The notes beneath the pieces were generated by a model, which ran no database searches, was not told the origin of the DNA, and worked only from the letters and a program-made list of their open reading frames with translations. From contig NC_042998.1 of the NCBI RefSeq assembly GCF_006345805.1, positions 111,724,001 through 111,788,000 on the forward strand: 64,000 nucleotides of DNA, given 5' to 3'. Origin of the DNA: Octopus sinensis. Lineage: Eukaryota. Position numbers and translations under genes: made by a program. Shown here piece by piece: positions 1 through 12,947 of this stretch; within the stretch, counting starts at the first letter, position 1, and the number at the start of each line of letters is the position of its first letter.

Positions 1-1779
1 CGCTGATGTCTACTCTACTGCCTTACTGCTTTGATAAAGTACATGTTAAGTACTCGTACCGAAATAATTATTCACTTTTAACTGCGTGGTCACATACCTA
101 TGTTAAATATCATTATGATAAAGTTGGTGTCAGTTTAATCGAGACTGATTTTCTTCACATATCTCACTGTAAACTATTAAGAGGGACTAATTGATATAAA
201 TAATTTACTAGGTGTTTCTTAGCTGAACCAGCAAGTCGTGGGTATTTAAGTTTAGTTTAGTATACCTAACTCGGAAATTCACGTCCAGTTGCGGTGAACA
301 TTTGCTCGAGATAATATAACCATAATTACCTTATTGGTTCACTGCAATTGATTGGCACCTTGTAAATCAAAATTGATTTTTGTGCGTTGTCCAACAAGAA
401 TTTGTTTAAATAAATGTGACCATTCAGTAGTACTAATATAGGCTTATACAAATCTTATTGAAGTAATTCTATGTAATTTGCTATATATATTTTCTACTAA
501 CTGCACTAGCACACTAATATAGTTGCTTTGAATTGTCTTTGCTCTTAATTGTCAGTCATTTATATACAATATAATAAACCAATCCTCTTTATATTTCTAA
601 CGGACTGTTAGTTCTAACGAAGGGAGAATAACTTACAGTACCCAAGCTAGTGATGGCGTGTCGGTGAAATAAAATTTATTGAAATCCTGAATTAATACAT
701 ATACCGTAAGAGGCAAGTTACAAGGTTTCATACCGGGCATATTTTTGCAAAGGCGTCTGCTGAGGTTTCAAACAGGGCCTTTCTTCAGAGATGGAATAAA
801 GCTAGGCACAGTAGAGTCAAAGAATACGTTGAGCATCTACCCCACTTTGAACCCGCTTTGAACCGACATTGTCTACGCCAGTTAAAAAAACAAAACAAAA
901 CAAAATAAACGCTTTTACTCGTACATTATACTAATTACTAAATACTCGCTGATGGGCATGATTGACTGTTTATGTTGCTTGCACGAAAACTTAGCTATGA
1001 AGTAGTAATCATCTTCACACATGTGTATGCGTGTATTTATGTACATAGCCGTTATTCTCTTTTTCAAAACAACTAGCCCCAGTTCAACCTTGATCGAAGT
1101 GACTTACGTTTCCCTTTTTTTTTTTCTATTAAATTACGTACTCAGTGATTTGAGGGGCGTTTAGTTGCCATTTCTAGCAGGTCGAGCTACTGCTTAGAGG
1201 TCTGCTCGTACTACCTTTAGTAATTATTGTTTGGACCCAGGTCAATCCTGATTAAGTAAACCTGATATTCCTGTCGAGAACATGTTCATCCCCCAACTCC
1301 GTCACACACCTTATGTTCTTAAGACTTGTATGGGTGTGGTTTTGGGAAAGAAACTTGGTTGCTATTTATATTCTGTATATATATATATATGTAGCAGGTT
1401 GAGCTCAGTTTGTATAATCTACAGTTGTTATTGTTGTTTAGCCGAGGTCAGCTAAGATCAAAAGCATTCTAAAAAAAGACTATCTCGATTGGTTTATTTT
1501 GGGTTTTTCTTTCTTCCGAAGCTTAGTATTTCTCAGCTTATGTTATCTAACGTATTCTTCCTTTTATAAGATGGTTTAATGATGTGAAGGATAGTTACTT
1601 AGTTGCTATTTCTAAACGGTTACATAGAATCTCCCACTATCAGTAAGGTGAGAGATAGTGTTAAGTGAACCACCAAATTGGAAATACCTTGCCGAAATAC
1701 ATCAGAGATTTACTAGGAGTAGATGTGGCTTTATCCAAAATAGACTTTGACATATTTCTATCTCAGCTGTCAGATGAGG

Positions 1780-2072
1780 ATCATCATCATCATCATCATC
1801 ATTTAGCGTCCGTTTTCCATGCTAGCATGGGTTGGACGGTTCAACTGGGGTCTGTGAAGCTGGAAGGCTTCATCAGGCCCAGTCAGATCTGGCAGTGTTT
1901 CTATGGCTGGATGCCCTTCCTAACGCCAACCACTCCGTGAGTGTAGTGGGTGCTTTTTACGTGCCACCCGCACAGGTGCCAGACAGAGCTGGCAAACGGC
2001 CACGAACGGATGGTGCTTTTACGTGTCACCGGCACGGGGGCCAGGCGAGGCTGGCAACGGACACGGGGGCCA
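1780..2072 (-). mobile_element. RTE-family 3' tail copy
   Basis: (CAT)n + ttccatgctagcatgggttggac...ggatgcccttcctaacgccaaccactcc..gtgtagtgggtgc; similar copies at about 2930, 20790, 24550, 25025, 26676, 29043, 31912, 32230, 36580, 36925 and 42350. Confidence 0.8.
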
Positions 2073-3124
2073 GATAGCTTTAAAAAAACAAAAACCACAA
2101 ACATGAGGGCAGTGTTGTCCAACTTTTTCCCTAAAATCACTCAGAGAGGGCTGTAGAAATGAAATAAACTAACAATCATACCAATGGTGGTTGCCCCAGC
2201 ATGGTCAAGCCTCTGGCTGAAACAAATGCAAAAGTAAACTGTATATACATGACTGAATGTAAATGTATTGTTATATTTAGTTCTTTTATCATTGTCATTT
2301 AATGTTCCTTCATACAGGCATGGCTTGCATTCCTTGATAGAAACTGGCTGGTCAGAAGACTGCGCCAAACAGGGTTTCTGTGGGTGGATACTCTAACACT
2401 AATCACTTTACAGGGTGCTGGGTGCTTTTTATGTGACACCAGCAGCGGTAAGGTCACCAAGTAACCTGCAAGACTAGCCCCCTCAACTGGATGGAGAGTA
2501 GCATTGAGGGAGGTGGCTTTGTGCAAGGTGATAAGTTAAACCATGATAGAGGGTGAAAAACAGGTGTCTTGCAGTAGAGGAGATATGTGGCTACCTCAGT
2601 TGGAGAGAGATGAAAAAGAAACAGATGTTGAGGATGTGTTGAGGGGGTACTCTCAAGTTAGAGGTAGGTGTATATAAGTGGAACCAAGGATTGGATTGGG
2701 TGAATGGCTGGATAAGTTTGCGAGATTGTGAAAGGAAGGTGGGAGATAGAGGGGAGGGAAATGTGAGTGGACACAGGTAATGGGTGGGGGATATGTTGAC
2801 AGGGTCACATTGGGTGCAGGCAGGCTCCTGAGGGTGTGAAGGGAGAGTGGGAAATAGAGGGTAGTGGAATGTGAATGAAAGGAAGTGGGAAGAATTATTA
2901 GACAGATTGTGTGCAGGGGCAGAGACCAAAGACATCATCATCCTCATTTAACATCTGTTTTCCATGCTGGCATGGGTTAGATGATTTGACTGGAACTGGT
3001 AAGCCAGAGGGCTGCACCAGGCTTCCATCTGTTTTGGTTTGGTTTCTAAAGCTGGATTCTCTTCCTAATGCTAACCACTGCATAGCATGTACTGGGTGTC
3101 TTTTACATATCACCGTCTGGGGTG

Positions 3125-3365
3125 CCTAACATGTGTCACCACCATGGGTGCTTCATGAGTGTCACTGTCATGGGTACCTCACATGTGTCACTGTCACAGG
3201 TGCCTCGTGTTTCACCGTCATGGGCGCTTCATGCATGTCACTATCACGGGTGCCTCGTGCATGTCACTGTCACAGGTGCTTCACATATGTCACCATCTTG
3301 GGTGCCTCACTAACAAGAATGCCTCACACGTGTCACCAGCACAGGTGTCTTTCGTGTGTCACCAG
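3125..3365. repeat. Degenerate ~20-bp minisatellite within an RTE-tail copy
   Basis: Repeated catgtgtcacc/tgtcac..ggtgcctc units. Confidence 0.65.
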
Positions 3366-3589
3366 CAGTGGTCATACACACACAAACTTCTATAAGTTAC
3401 TGTGCTCCGCTAAAAACTATTCAGTATTCAGTTTAACGTTAAATTGTTTATACATATGACCTGTTATAAAAACAAATACACATATATGTATATGGACATA
3501 TGTGTATATATGTGTGTGTGGATAGATATATTTATATATGTGTGTGTGTGTATAAATATATAGGTAGGTGTGTATGTATATATATATAT

Positions 3590-3925
3590 ACATGGCTCAG
3601 TGGTTAGAGCGTCGAGCTTATGATTGTGAGGTTGTCAGCTCGAATCCCGTACCGGGCTGCGTGTTGTGTTCTTGAGCAAGACACTTTACTTCACGTTGCT
3701 CCAGTTAACTCAGCTGTAGAAATGAGTTGCGACGTCACGAGTGCCAAGCTGTATTGGCCCCCTTGCCTTTCCCTTGGATAACACTGGTGGCGTGGGGAGG
3801 GGAGACCGGCATGCATGGGTGACTGCTGGTCTTCCATAAACCACCTTGCCCAGACTTGTGACTAGGAGGGTAACTTTCTAGGTGCAATCCCATGGTCAGT
3901 GTCGTGACCGGAGGGGGTCCCCGAA
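3590..3925 (+). mobile_element. tRNA-derived SINE
   Basis: A-box tggctcagtgg, B-box-like gctcgaatcc, followed by cttgagcaagacacttta; related copies at 15583-15886 and 61510-61890. Confidence 0.75.
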
Positions 3926-4344
3926 TATATATATATATATATATATACATACGTGTGTATATATATATGTATCTCTCTGGGTGTGTGTATATGTGTCTGT
4001 CTATATGTGTATACATATCTATATATATGTATATGTAAATATATATATATATGTGTGTGTGTGTAGGTATATATGTGTGTAGATAAACATATATATGTAA
4101 ATATTTATGTATATATATATATATGTGTATATATAGATATGTAAATATATGTGTGTGTGTATATATATATATATATATGTAAATATTTATATGTATATAT
4201 ATATATATATATATATTGTATTTAGGAATGGTCATTTTGTCAGTTTAGCCAATAAAAACACACGCGCTATATATTTGTTGTTACTTTGCTTTAGCGTTAT
4301 TTATTTCTTACATTAATCTTAATCTTATTTTGACCAGAGTTCTT

Positions 4345-5185
4345 TCGTCACACGTTTTAGTTTAACAATAAAATATATGCCCAGGACTAGGGGGCAGCCA
4401 TCTGCATTAGTATTGCCGGTGATGTAGCCAACCTTTTCATGGTATGGTGGGACAGAAGGCTTAAGCAACGCCTAACACAGAACTCCATACTCGTGAACAT
4501 GTACTCTCGCTATGTTGATGATATCAACATAGTGGTAAAGGCACCCCCACAAGAGAGTACTGTTGATATAGTAATAGAAACTAATACTATGGAGAGCATC
4601 CAGCAGATAGCTAACTCCATCCACCAGAGTATTAAGGTCAAAATTGACTACCCTACTAAACACCCTAACCATAGACTACCAGTACTAGACACAGAACTCT
4701 GGCTAGAAACTGAGAATAATAAAACCCAAATCCTTCATTCATACTATGCCAAACCTATGGCCTCCAAATACTTGATCCACTGGAACTCAGCTATTGCGGA
4801 CAATGTCAAATCCAATATTTTGATGGCAGACCTCATCAGAATAATGCAAAATGTATCCCACATGTGCAAGCCTCCAGAGTTAAAGAGACACATACAACAT
4901 TTCGTTCACTGCATGCAGTTCTCAGGTTACAGCCATAAAGAAAGGATCAGAGTATACAAACTATCTATGAAGAAATTTGATACTATCTTATGTAATGATA
5001 GGAATGGGATTTGCCCACTCTATAGGAGCAAGTCATGGAACACTATTGAAAAGACAAAGAAGAAAATAGGGAAGGCCAACTCTTGGTATGATAGCCACAA
5101 ATACCAGAGTGTCATGTTCATCAACACCACTCCTAGAGGTGAAATGGCCTACCGCTTTAGAAGGACCCTAGACAAACTTAATATA
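4345..5185 (+). mobile_element. Penelope-like element (PLE) reverse transcriptase fragment, truncated at both ends
   Basis: FNNKIYAQD*GAAICISIAGDVANLFMVWWDR..YSRYVDDIN..RLPVLDTELW..YYAKP.ASKYLIHWNSA...SGYS; RT motifs plus PLE-type thumb; one in-frame stop upstream of ORF 4439-5215. Confidence 0.85.
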
Positions 5186-5444
5186 TGTAAATATATATGT
5201 ATACTAGCACTATGACCCAGCATTGCTGGGTCATTGTGCTAGTAGATATATATAGTTATGGTACATTCTGTAAAGAACGTAGTAGAGAGCAGTATAGAGC
5301 TCATCTACCTTCAGATTTCTCCTCTGCTATCCTGTAGTAGTATTATACGTACATCCAGGTTTGCATTTGGGCATCTGTCTTGTTGGATAATGATCTAGTA
5401 CACGCAAATCCAAGGCTGTGCGTCCAAGGTCAAACAAGTTCTAG

Positions 5445-5610
5445 GGAACTATATTCTAAGAAACTTTTGGAGAAAATTACAGACCTGATTAAGCGCATGA
5501 GATGGAAAGCTTTCTTTTATGACATGGAAGAGGACACCACAGAAAATATATTCTATAGTATAAAATATAAGAAATTCCTCCAAAGATCAAAGGCCTGGGA
5601 GATTTCGAAG
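5445..5610 (+). mobile_element. N-terminal fragment of a PLE ORF
   Basis: YSKKLLEKITDLIKRMRWKAFFYD resembles the conserved IKRMRWKA.FF N-terminal motif of invertebrate PLE ORFs (recognised from memory). Confidence 0.6.
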
Positions 5611-5649
5611 CGTTTCTCTTTTTTTTTTAGCCATTTTTTCCATCCGCCG

Positions 5650-5710
5650 GATAACTGAAGAGATGACAATGTGGATTTCCACCTTGGCATCCGAAACTCG
5701 GAGTTTTATC
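5650..5710 (+). ncRNA. Type I hammerhead ribozyme motif (PLE pseudo-LTR type)
   Basis: Stem I gataa/ttatc; core CTGAAGA; stem II gatgacaatgtgga/tccaccttggcatc; CGAAA; near-palindromic stem III ACTC-G-GAGT; cleavage triplet GUU. Confidence 0.75.
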
Positions 5711-5808
5711 ATGGCTACCAAATAACTGTCACATATTACATCTACAGATAAAGTCCTCTATTTACATAATATTGAGGTCTCTTTCATTCTTTTGTTGTCT
5801 TAGAAAAG

Positions 5809-6752
5809 TTGGATCTAAGAAGAGTCAGTTGTGGTGTGCAATAGAGACGATTGCGTTGGTATGGTCATGTGGCAAGAATGGATGAAGATAGCTGTGTGAA
5901 AAAGTGCCACACCCTAGCGGTTGAGGGAACCTGTGGAAGAGGTAAACCCAGGAAAACCTGGGACGAGGTGGTGAAGCGCGACCTTTGAACATTAGGCCTC
6001 ACTGAGGCAATGACTAGTGATCAAGACCTTTGGAAATATGCCGTGCATGAGAAGACCCAGCAGGACAAGTGAGACCATAACCCGTGGCCTTTACCAGGGA
6101 TGTAGCCAGACCACTTATGCATACCTTTCCTTCTTTGGACACAAAACTCTGCTTGCGAAAACCTGTTGAGGCAGGTGAAATCGAAATTGAATTCGATATC
6201 AAACCAAATTCGATGACTGGCACCCATGCCAACCTCTCTTCATTGGACACTAAACTCTGCTTCCGAAGACCTGTTGGGGCAAGTAAAATCGAAATTGAAC
6301 CAAATTCGATGACTTGCACCCGTGCCAATAGAGCGCTAACAGCTCCATCCGAGCGGGATCACTGCCAGAGCAGCTGTCTGGCTTCTGTGCCAGTGGGCAT
6401 GTAAAAAGCACTATTTGAGCATGATTGTTACCAGCGTCACCTTACTGGCACATGAACAAAACATTCAAGCGAGGTCGTTGCCAGTGCTGCTGGACTGACT
6501 CCTATGCAGGTGGCACGTAAAAAACATCATTTCAAGCATGGCCGTTGCCAGTACCGCCAGACGACCTCGTGCAGGTGGCATGTAAAAGCACCTACTACAC
6601 TCTCAGAGTGGTTGGCATTAGGAAGGGCATCCAGCTGTAGAAACTCTGCCAGATCAGATTGGAGCCTGGCACAGCCATCTGGTTCACCAGTCCTCAGTCA
6701 AATCGTCCAACCCATGCTAGCATGGAAAGCGGACGTTAAAGGATGATGATGA
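5809..6752 (+). mobile_element. RTE-clade LINE 3' fragment (RT C-terminus + 3' UTR + (GAT)n tail)
   Basis: RRLRWYGHVARMDEDSCVKKCHTLAVEGTCGRGKPRKTWDEVVKRDL..LGL......D..LW with stops; tail shared with many copies in the window. Confidence 0.85.
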
Positions 6753-6757
6753 CATAA

Positions 6758-6812
<55 letters not shown>

Positions 6813-6929
6813 TAAGTGTATATATATGTATATATACATAAGTATATATGTATATATAAATACATAAGTATATATATATATATGTATATATAAATACATA
6901 AGTATATATATATATATATATATAAATAC

Positions 6930-6972
<43 letters not shown>

Positions 6973-9614
6973 AATATATATAAGTATATACATATATATA
7001 TAAATATAAATATCTATAAGCCTGATATTATAAAACTGTCAAAAGAAGTGACCACTAACTTCTTCACCTCTGATATATGATTGGCTGTTTGTACTCTGAT
7101 TGGCAGAATCATTAACACACTCAGCAAAATGCTTAGCGGTATTTTGCCTGTCACTGCGTTGTGAGTTCAAATTCCACCGAGGTCCACTTCGTCTTTCATC
7201 CTTTTAGGGTCAATAAATTAAGTTCCACTGAAACACTGGGGTTGATGTAAACAATTAGTTCTTTCCCCCAAAATTTCAGATCTTGTGTCTATAGAAGAAA
7301 AGACTACTGTTGTTGTTTTCAACATTGTTGCTGCTGTGTATATGTGCACTTGTGAGTGTATATGGGTGTGTATCTTTATCTAAATACATAAGAAAAGGTG
7401 TGGCCTCCACCACCCTTCTTTCCCAAAACTTTTCTTTTTTCTATTTATACCATTGTATTACTTTGCACTCTGTCAAACTATATTTTGTCACAATATTGAT
7501 GTTGTGGATATTTTGCATAGCAGGGATAAAAATTGGCTTCAAAATTTAGCACAAGACTCGCAATTTCAGGGGATGGGTTAAGTCGATTACATCGACCCTA
7601 GTGCTTGGCTGGTACTTATTTTATCAACCAACCCCGAAAAGATGAAAGGCAAATTCTTCCTCAGCAGAACTTGAATTGAGAATGTAAAGATGAACGAAAT
7701 GCTGCTAAGCAATTTTGCCCAGTGTGCCAACGCTTATGCCAGCTCGCTGCCTTTTAGTCATCTTTCAGACTCAATAATGTCTATCTCTATTCCTTAGTAC
7801 TAATTGCTGGAGCACCTACCTTATAATGGTGGTGGTAGTTGTGTAACCCTAAATAAAGAGGCCAAAATCAAAGCCATGACCATCCCTACTTTTTCAGCAA
7901 TAGTGTTCCTCTCTTCTTATTTAATGTACATCTTTTTAGGATGGTAAGGGGCTGGTTGCTTTCAGGAATACCTGTTTGCTATTTCTAGCAGGTTGAGCAA
8001 ACATGTAGAGATTGAATGGTTAGGAAGTGGCTGGGTAAGTGTATCAGTGTTGCTACCTGTAAAACCTGATTGCTTCAATAAAGCTTCATTATTTACCTGC
8101 TAGTATAGGAGTGAAAAAGAAACCGTTTTAAAAGAGCATTGTATGGGAGTTTGTGTGTACAAGACACAGATTTCATCCATGTATTTTTGGTCCTTGTTTT
8201 TCAGAAACTTAAAAAGGCTTTGGTGACTTGAAAACAATAGAATAGAGATCATGCTTTGTAAGCATTACTACAATATCTGAATTGTTAGCTTAATCTATAT
8301 TTGGGTTGAACTTTATTGTAGAATGACTATAGACAATATAAATGTGTACTGTGGCACAGGTCACCACTTATTATAATCTTGTATCTTAAATTCACAAAGC
8401 TAGCATAGTTTTATCTTTTATCTTGACTTGTTTCAGTCATAAGATCACAGCCATGCTGGGGAACCACCACTTTGAAGGGTTTTCAGTCAAACAAATTGAC
8501 CCCTGTACTTATTTAAGTCTGACACTTATTCTGTGAATCTTTTTGCCAAAATGCTATGATATAGAGACATAAATAAACCAACACCTGTTGTTAAGTGGGT
8601 GGAGTGACATACATTCATGTGAGGGGCTTTCATGTAGTTTCTGTCTACCAAATTTACACACAAGGCATTAGTTGGCCTGGAGTTATAGTAGAAGACACTT
8701 GCCCAATGTGCCACACAGTGGGACTGAATTTCTAAAAATATTTTTAATGTTTTATGCATTAAGATATGTTAACAATGACATATTTTCTATACAACCTTTT
8801 TAGTACTTTATTCATATTGAATTATTCCTATGTATTTTAATTAATTTTGACAATAATCAAGAATTTGGAGGGATTCAGTAAAATAATTTAATTTTGGTGT
8901 TTGGAATATAACTTGATTCATAATTGCAGTCCATTGAGTGCAGCTATGATGGGATACCATCTAGAAGTGTTTTAGTCAAACAAATTAGTCTCTGTACTTA
9001 CTTTAAGTCTGGCATCTGTCTCTTTTTTGCTGAACTACCAAGTTATGGGGACAAGACCCAACCAGCATCAATTGCCAAATGGTTGAGGACAGAAGACAAT
9101 TATACACACACACACACACATGCATGCACACACAGTGGCTTCCACTCAATATCCATCTATTAAACTCACTAACAAAGCATTAGTCAACTTGCAGACATAT
9201 TAGCAGACACTTACCTAAAGTGCCATACTATGAGGCTAAGCCTGAAGTGTGCTTTTAACTTCATAACTGATAGAAAATTTTAATTGACATATGAACATTT
9301 TAAAAAGAGGCAAGGTTAGTATCATAAAAGCAAAGGCAGTCTCTGGTTAGCTGGTATGAAAATGGTTAATTTTAAGTAAATTGATATAGTTTTAATGTGG
9401 GTTATTTTTCTTTTATTTGTTGTACTTGCGTGGTTTTTCGATGTAAATTTTGTTTTAGTTGCAAGTATGGATGTGTGAATAAGAAATTCACTTCCCAATT
9501 GCACAGTTCCAGATTCAGTCTCACTACATGGCACCTTTGGTAAGTGTCTTCTACTGTAGCCCTAGGCAGACTAAAGCCTTGTAAGTGGATTTGGTTGATA
9601 GAAACTGAAAGAAA

Positions 9615-9849
9615 TAAGGTGGCGAGCTGGCAGAAACGTTAGCACGCCAGGCAAAATGCTTTGCGGTATTTCGTCTGCCGTTACGTTCTGAGTTCAAATT
9701 CTGCCGAGGTTGACTTTACCTTTCATCCTTTTGGGGTCGATAAATTAAGTACCAGTTACACACTGGAGTCAATGCAATCGACTTAATCCCTTTGTTTGTC
9801 CTTGTTTGTCCCCTCTATGTTTAGCCCCTTGTGGGCAATAAAGAAATAA
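9615..9849 (+). mobile_element. tRNA-derived SINE nested in another SINE, with target-site duplication
   Basis: ggcgagctggcagaaacgttag...gagttcaaattc..ctttcatccttttggggtcgataaattaagtacc; flanked by gaaactgaaagaaa at 9601-9614 and 9850-9863; family copies at about 7100, 7560(-), 37798, 41916 and 60800-61190(-). Confidence 0.8.
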
Positions 9850-10513
9850 GAAACTGAAAGAAATTCATTTGTGTGTGTTTGTGTCTTTTATCTTGACTTT
9901 GGGTTTTAGGTGAAAGCAAGTGTCGCTGTCTTAAAAGTGGTGTCATTCGTTGCCAGTCTTCAATGAAAATAAGGGGAAATACTATCTTACTTGGGAGCAG
10001 GTGAGAGTTTATGTCAAGAGAGACATTTGATCATAGAAAACCTGCCCCAACCAATTCTGCCCGACTCATGCAAGCATGGAAAAGTGGGTGCTCAATAATG
10101 ATGATACTGAAATTCATGACTTCTTATATGTTGCTTTTATCAAATACTAGTTTTACACTTCTTCTCAGTGTACCAACCCTAAAAAAGTGGCAAGTTATTC
10201 TTTTTTTTTCTTTCTTACATTACCACAATCCCCAAATATTTAGAATTGTTATTCATTCTTAACTGGATTTCTTTAATCTTTTAGATGTTTCAGTCAGTGG
10301 ACTATGGCCATACTGGAGCACCACTTTGAAGGATTTAGTCAAACAAATTGTATCAAGTGCTTATTTTTTAAGCCTGGTACTTATTCTATAGGCCTCTTTT
10401 GCCAAACTGCTAAGTTACGGGGGAACTAATTGTCAAATGATGCTGAGAGCAGGGGACAAGCACAAATGCACAAGCACACACACACACACACACACACACA
10501 ATGTATTCTGTGT

Positions 10514-10544
<31 letters not shown>

Positions 10545-11326
10545 CATAATAGGCTTCCGTGACTCACTCACAAGGCATTGGTCATTTTGGTGCTATAGTA
10601 GAAAATGCTTACTTAAGAAGCTGCTTAGTGAAACTGAACTCAGAATCACATGGTTGCAAAGTGAGCTTCTTAACTACATACTTTATCTATAATTCTTAAT
10701 AATTATAGTATGATTGTCAATAAACTTTGTTATTCTTTTATTGATGTCAGGAAATGAATCCATATAAGTTTGATTGCATATGTATTATAAATTACTTTTG
10801 TAATAAAGTGTTTAAGAAATCAAAATTCCAAGAATTTATCATTAGGGGAAAAAAAAAAACCCAAATAAATATTTAAAATAAAATAAGAGCATGATTGGAG
10901 AAAGGAAATGGGTATTTGTAAAAATACTTTCTCGTACAAGAGTGTATATAAACAGATAGCATTACGTTTAGGAATTTTTTCTTATCTGAAAGGGAACTAC
11001 CATTTGTGGTTGTATGTGTGTGTGTGTGTAATTTACAGAAGTTAACCACTAACTAGGCTAAAGTTAAGGTGTGAGAAAATCATCAGTGGCTGCTGCAGCT
11101 GACTTCAGTGTAACATGTTACCGAAACATGTAGTAACATGTTACCGACTTTTCTGCTCTACCCTCAGCTCTGTCAGTTATCTATGGGAGTGTTTGTGCTC
11201 TCTCTCTCTCTCTCACAAATACATACACACTGAAGGATCTGATATATAAATGCATGTGTATGTTAGGGCATGTGTACTGAAAGTCACACATATTCACCAA
11301 TATACAGCCATCTCAGTGTGTGTACT

Positions 11327-11373
<47 letters not shown>

Positions 11374-11823
11374 GTGAGAATTTACAAAAAAAAAAAAAAC
11401 ACATGCACGCACACATCTTTTATTCTTTCTTGTTTTAATCATTGGCCTGTGGCTATGCTGGGGCACTGCCTTGAAAGTTCCTAATTGGACAGACTGACCC
11501 CAGTCATTATAGTTTTAAGTCTAGTACTCATTCTATTGGTCTCTCTTGCCAAGTTACAAGGATGTAAACAAACCAACACTAGTGGGGGCACACACGTGCG
11601 CACATGCACACACACACACACACACATGATGGGCTTTGATGCAGTTTCTATCAGCCAAATTCACTCACAAGGCATTGGTTGACCTGGGGCTATATAGTAG
11701 AAGACTTTTAGCTCAAGTGGCAATAGGACTGAACCTTAGACCATATGGTTGAAAAGTGACCTTCTTAACCACACAACTATGTCTGCACCTTCTTAAATAC
11801 ACGACCATACATCTCTCTCTCTC

Positions 11824-11879
<56 letters not shown>

Positions 11880-12509
11880 CGTGCGCGTATGTGTTATTGT
11901 GTGTACATATTTCACAAATGAAATTTTATTCTGATGTAGTGATAATGATGAAGAAAGTGAAAAAGATGATATTTGTTTTGTGTTTATCTTATTTATTTCA
12001 AGTCCTTAATATTTATCTACGCTTAACAGGGGAGCTTCAGTGTGGTTGCTCAATCTGCTAGAAATAACAGCCAAATATCCTTCAGATAACACTTCAGCTT
12101 ATAAACACTGGATATTGTAATTCTAGGTAAGCTTTAAAAGGCTGGATACAACGGTTGTGACGAGAAAGCCTTTTATTATGGGTCTGCCCACTCAAGACTG
12201 TTATGAAGCTAAACAGTAATAACTATTACTCACACAAGTATTAAGTAACAATAGTGCTGTTGTTATTTACTATAGGCAGCTTACATTATAATACTACTTC
12301 AGCACTGATAAATTTAAGTCTATCTCTCTCTCTCTTTATAAGTAGCAATACAAAGGCATAAAATTGCCCAATATTGTATGCTGGAAATAAATATAGTCTT
12401 GTATATGTTAATTTATGCAAGATAGTCAAAAGATATATACCAGATCAAATAAAACTGCTGTTCAGGCAGTGTAATTCCTGTTCATAAGTTAATTTATGTG
12501 TGTATTCAT

Positions 12510-12947
12510 ATGTGTTATTTACATTATTTATATTTGTCGGATATTTGTTCTCATCTTGTTTGTTGTTAACACAACATTTCAGCTGATATACCCTCCAGCC
12601 TTCATCAGGTGTCTTAGCGAAATTTCGAACCTGGGTTCTCATTCCTAAGGTATTTTTTTGATGTTGTTGTTATTATTATTATTATTCAGGTCACTGCCTG
12701 GAATCAAGCTCGGAATCTTGGGGTTAGTAGCCCGCGCTCTTAACCACTATGCCATATGTCCGGGCATATGGTGTAGTGGTTAAGAGCGTGGGCTACTAAC
12801 CCCAAGATTCCGAGTTTGATTCCAGGCAGTGACCTGAATAATAATAATAACAACAACAACATCAAAAAAATACCTTAGGAATGAGAACCCAGGTTCAAAA
12901 TTTCCCCAAGACACCTGACGAAGGCAGGAGAGTATATCAGCTGAAAC
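12510..12947. mobile_element. Palindromic (head-to-head) tRNA-head + hammerhead element, copy 1
   Basis: Inverted arms 12577-12761 / 12762-12946; each arm has A/B boxes, (AAT/AAC)n and CTGA(T/C)GA...GAAA. Confidence 0.85.

Noticed and set aside
3735-4235. ORFs rich in YI/HT/CV dipeptides or poly-I/L/Y (also 6698-6993, 30425-30803, 56367-56768, 59722-60108)
   Set aside because: Translations of microsatellites.
12762-12835. Functional tRNA gene (ACT anticodon loop)
   Set aside because: A/B boxes are present but the acceptor stem does not pair well, copies are mutated, and the head is fused to repeat sequence; treated as a SINE-like head.
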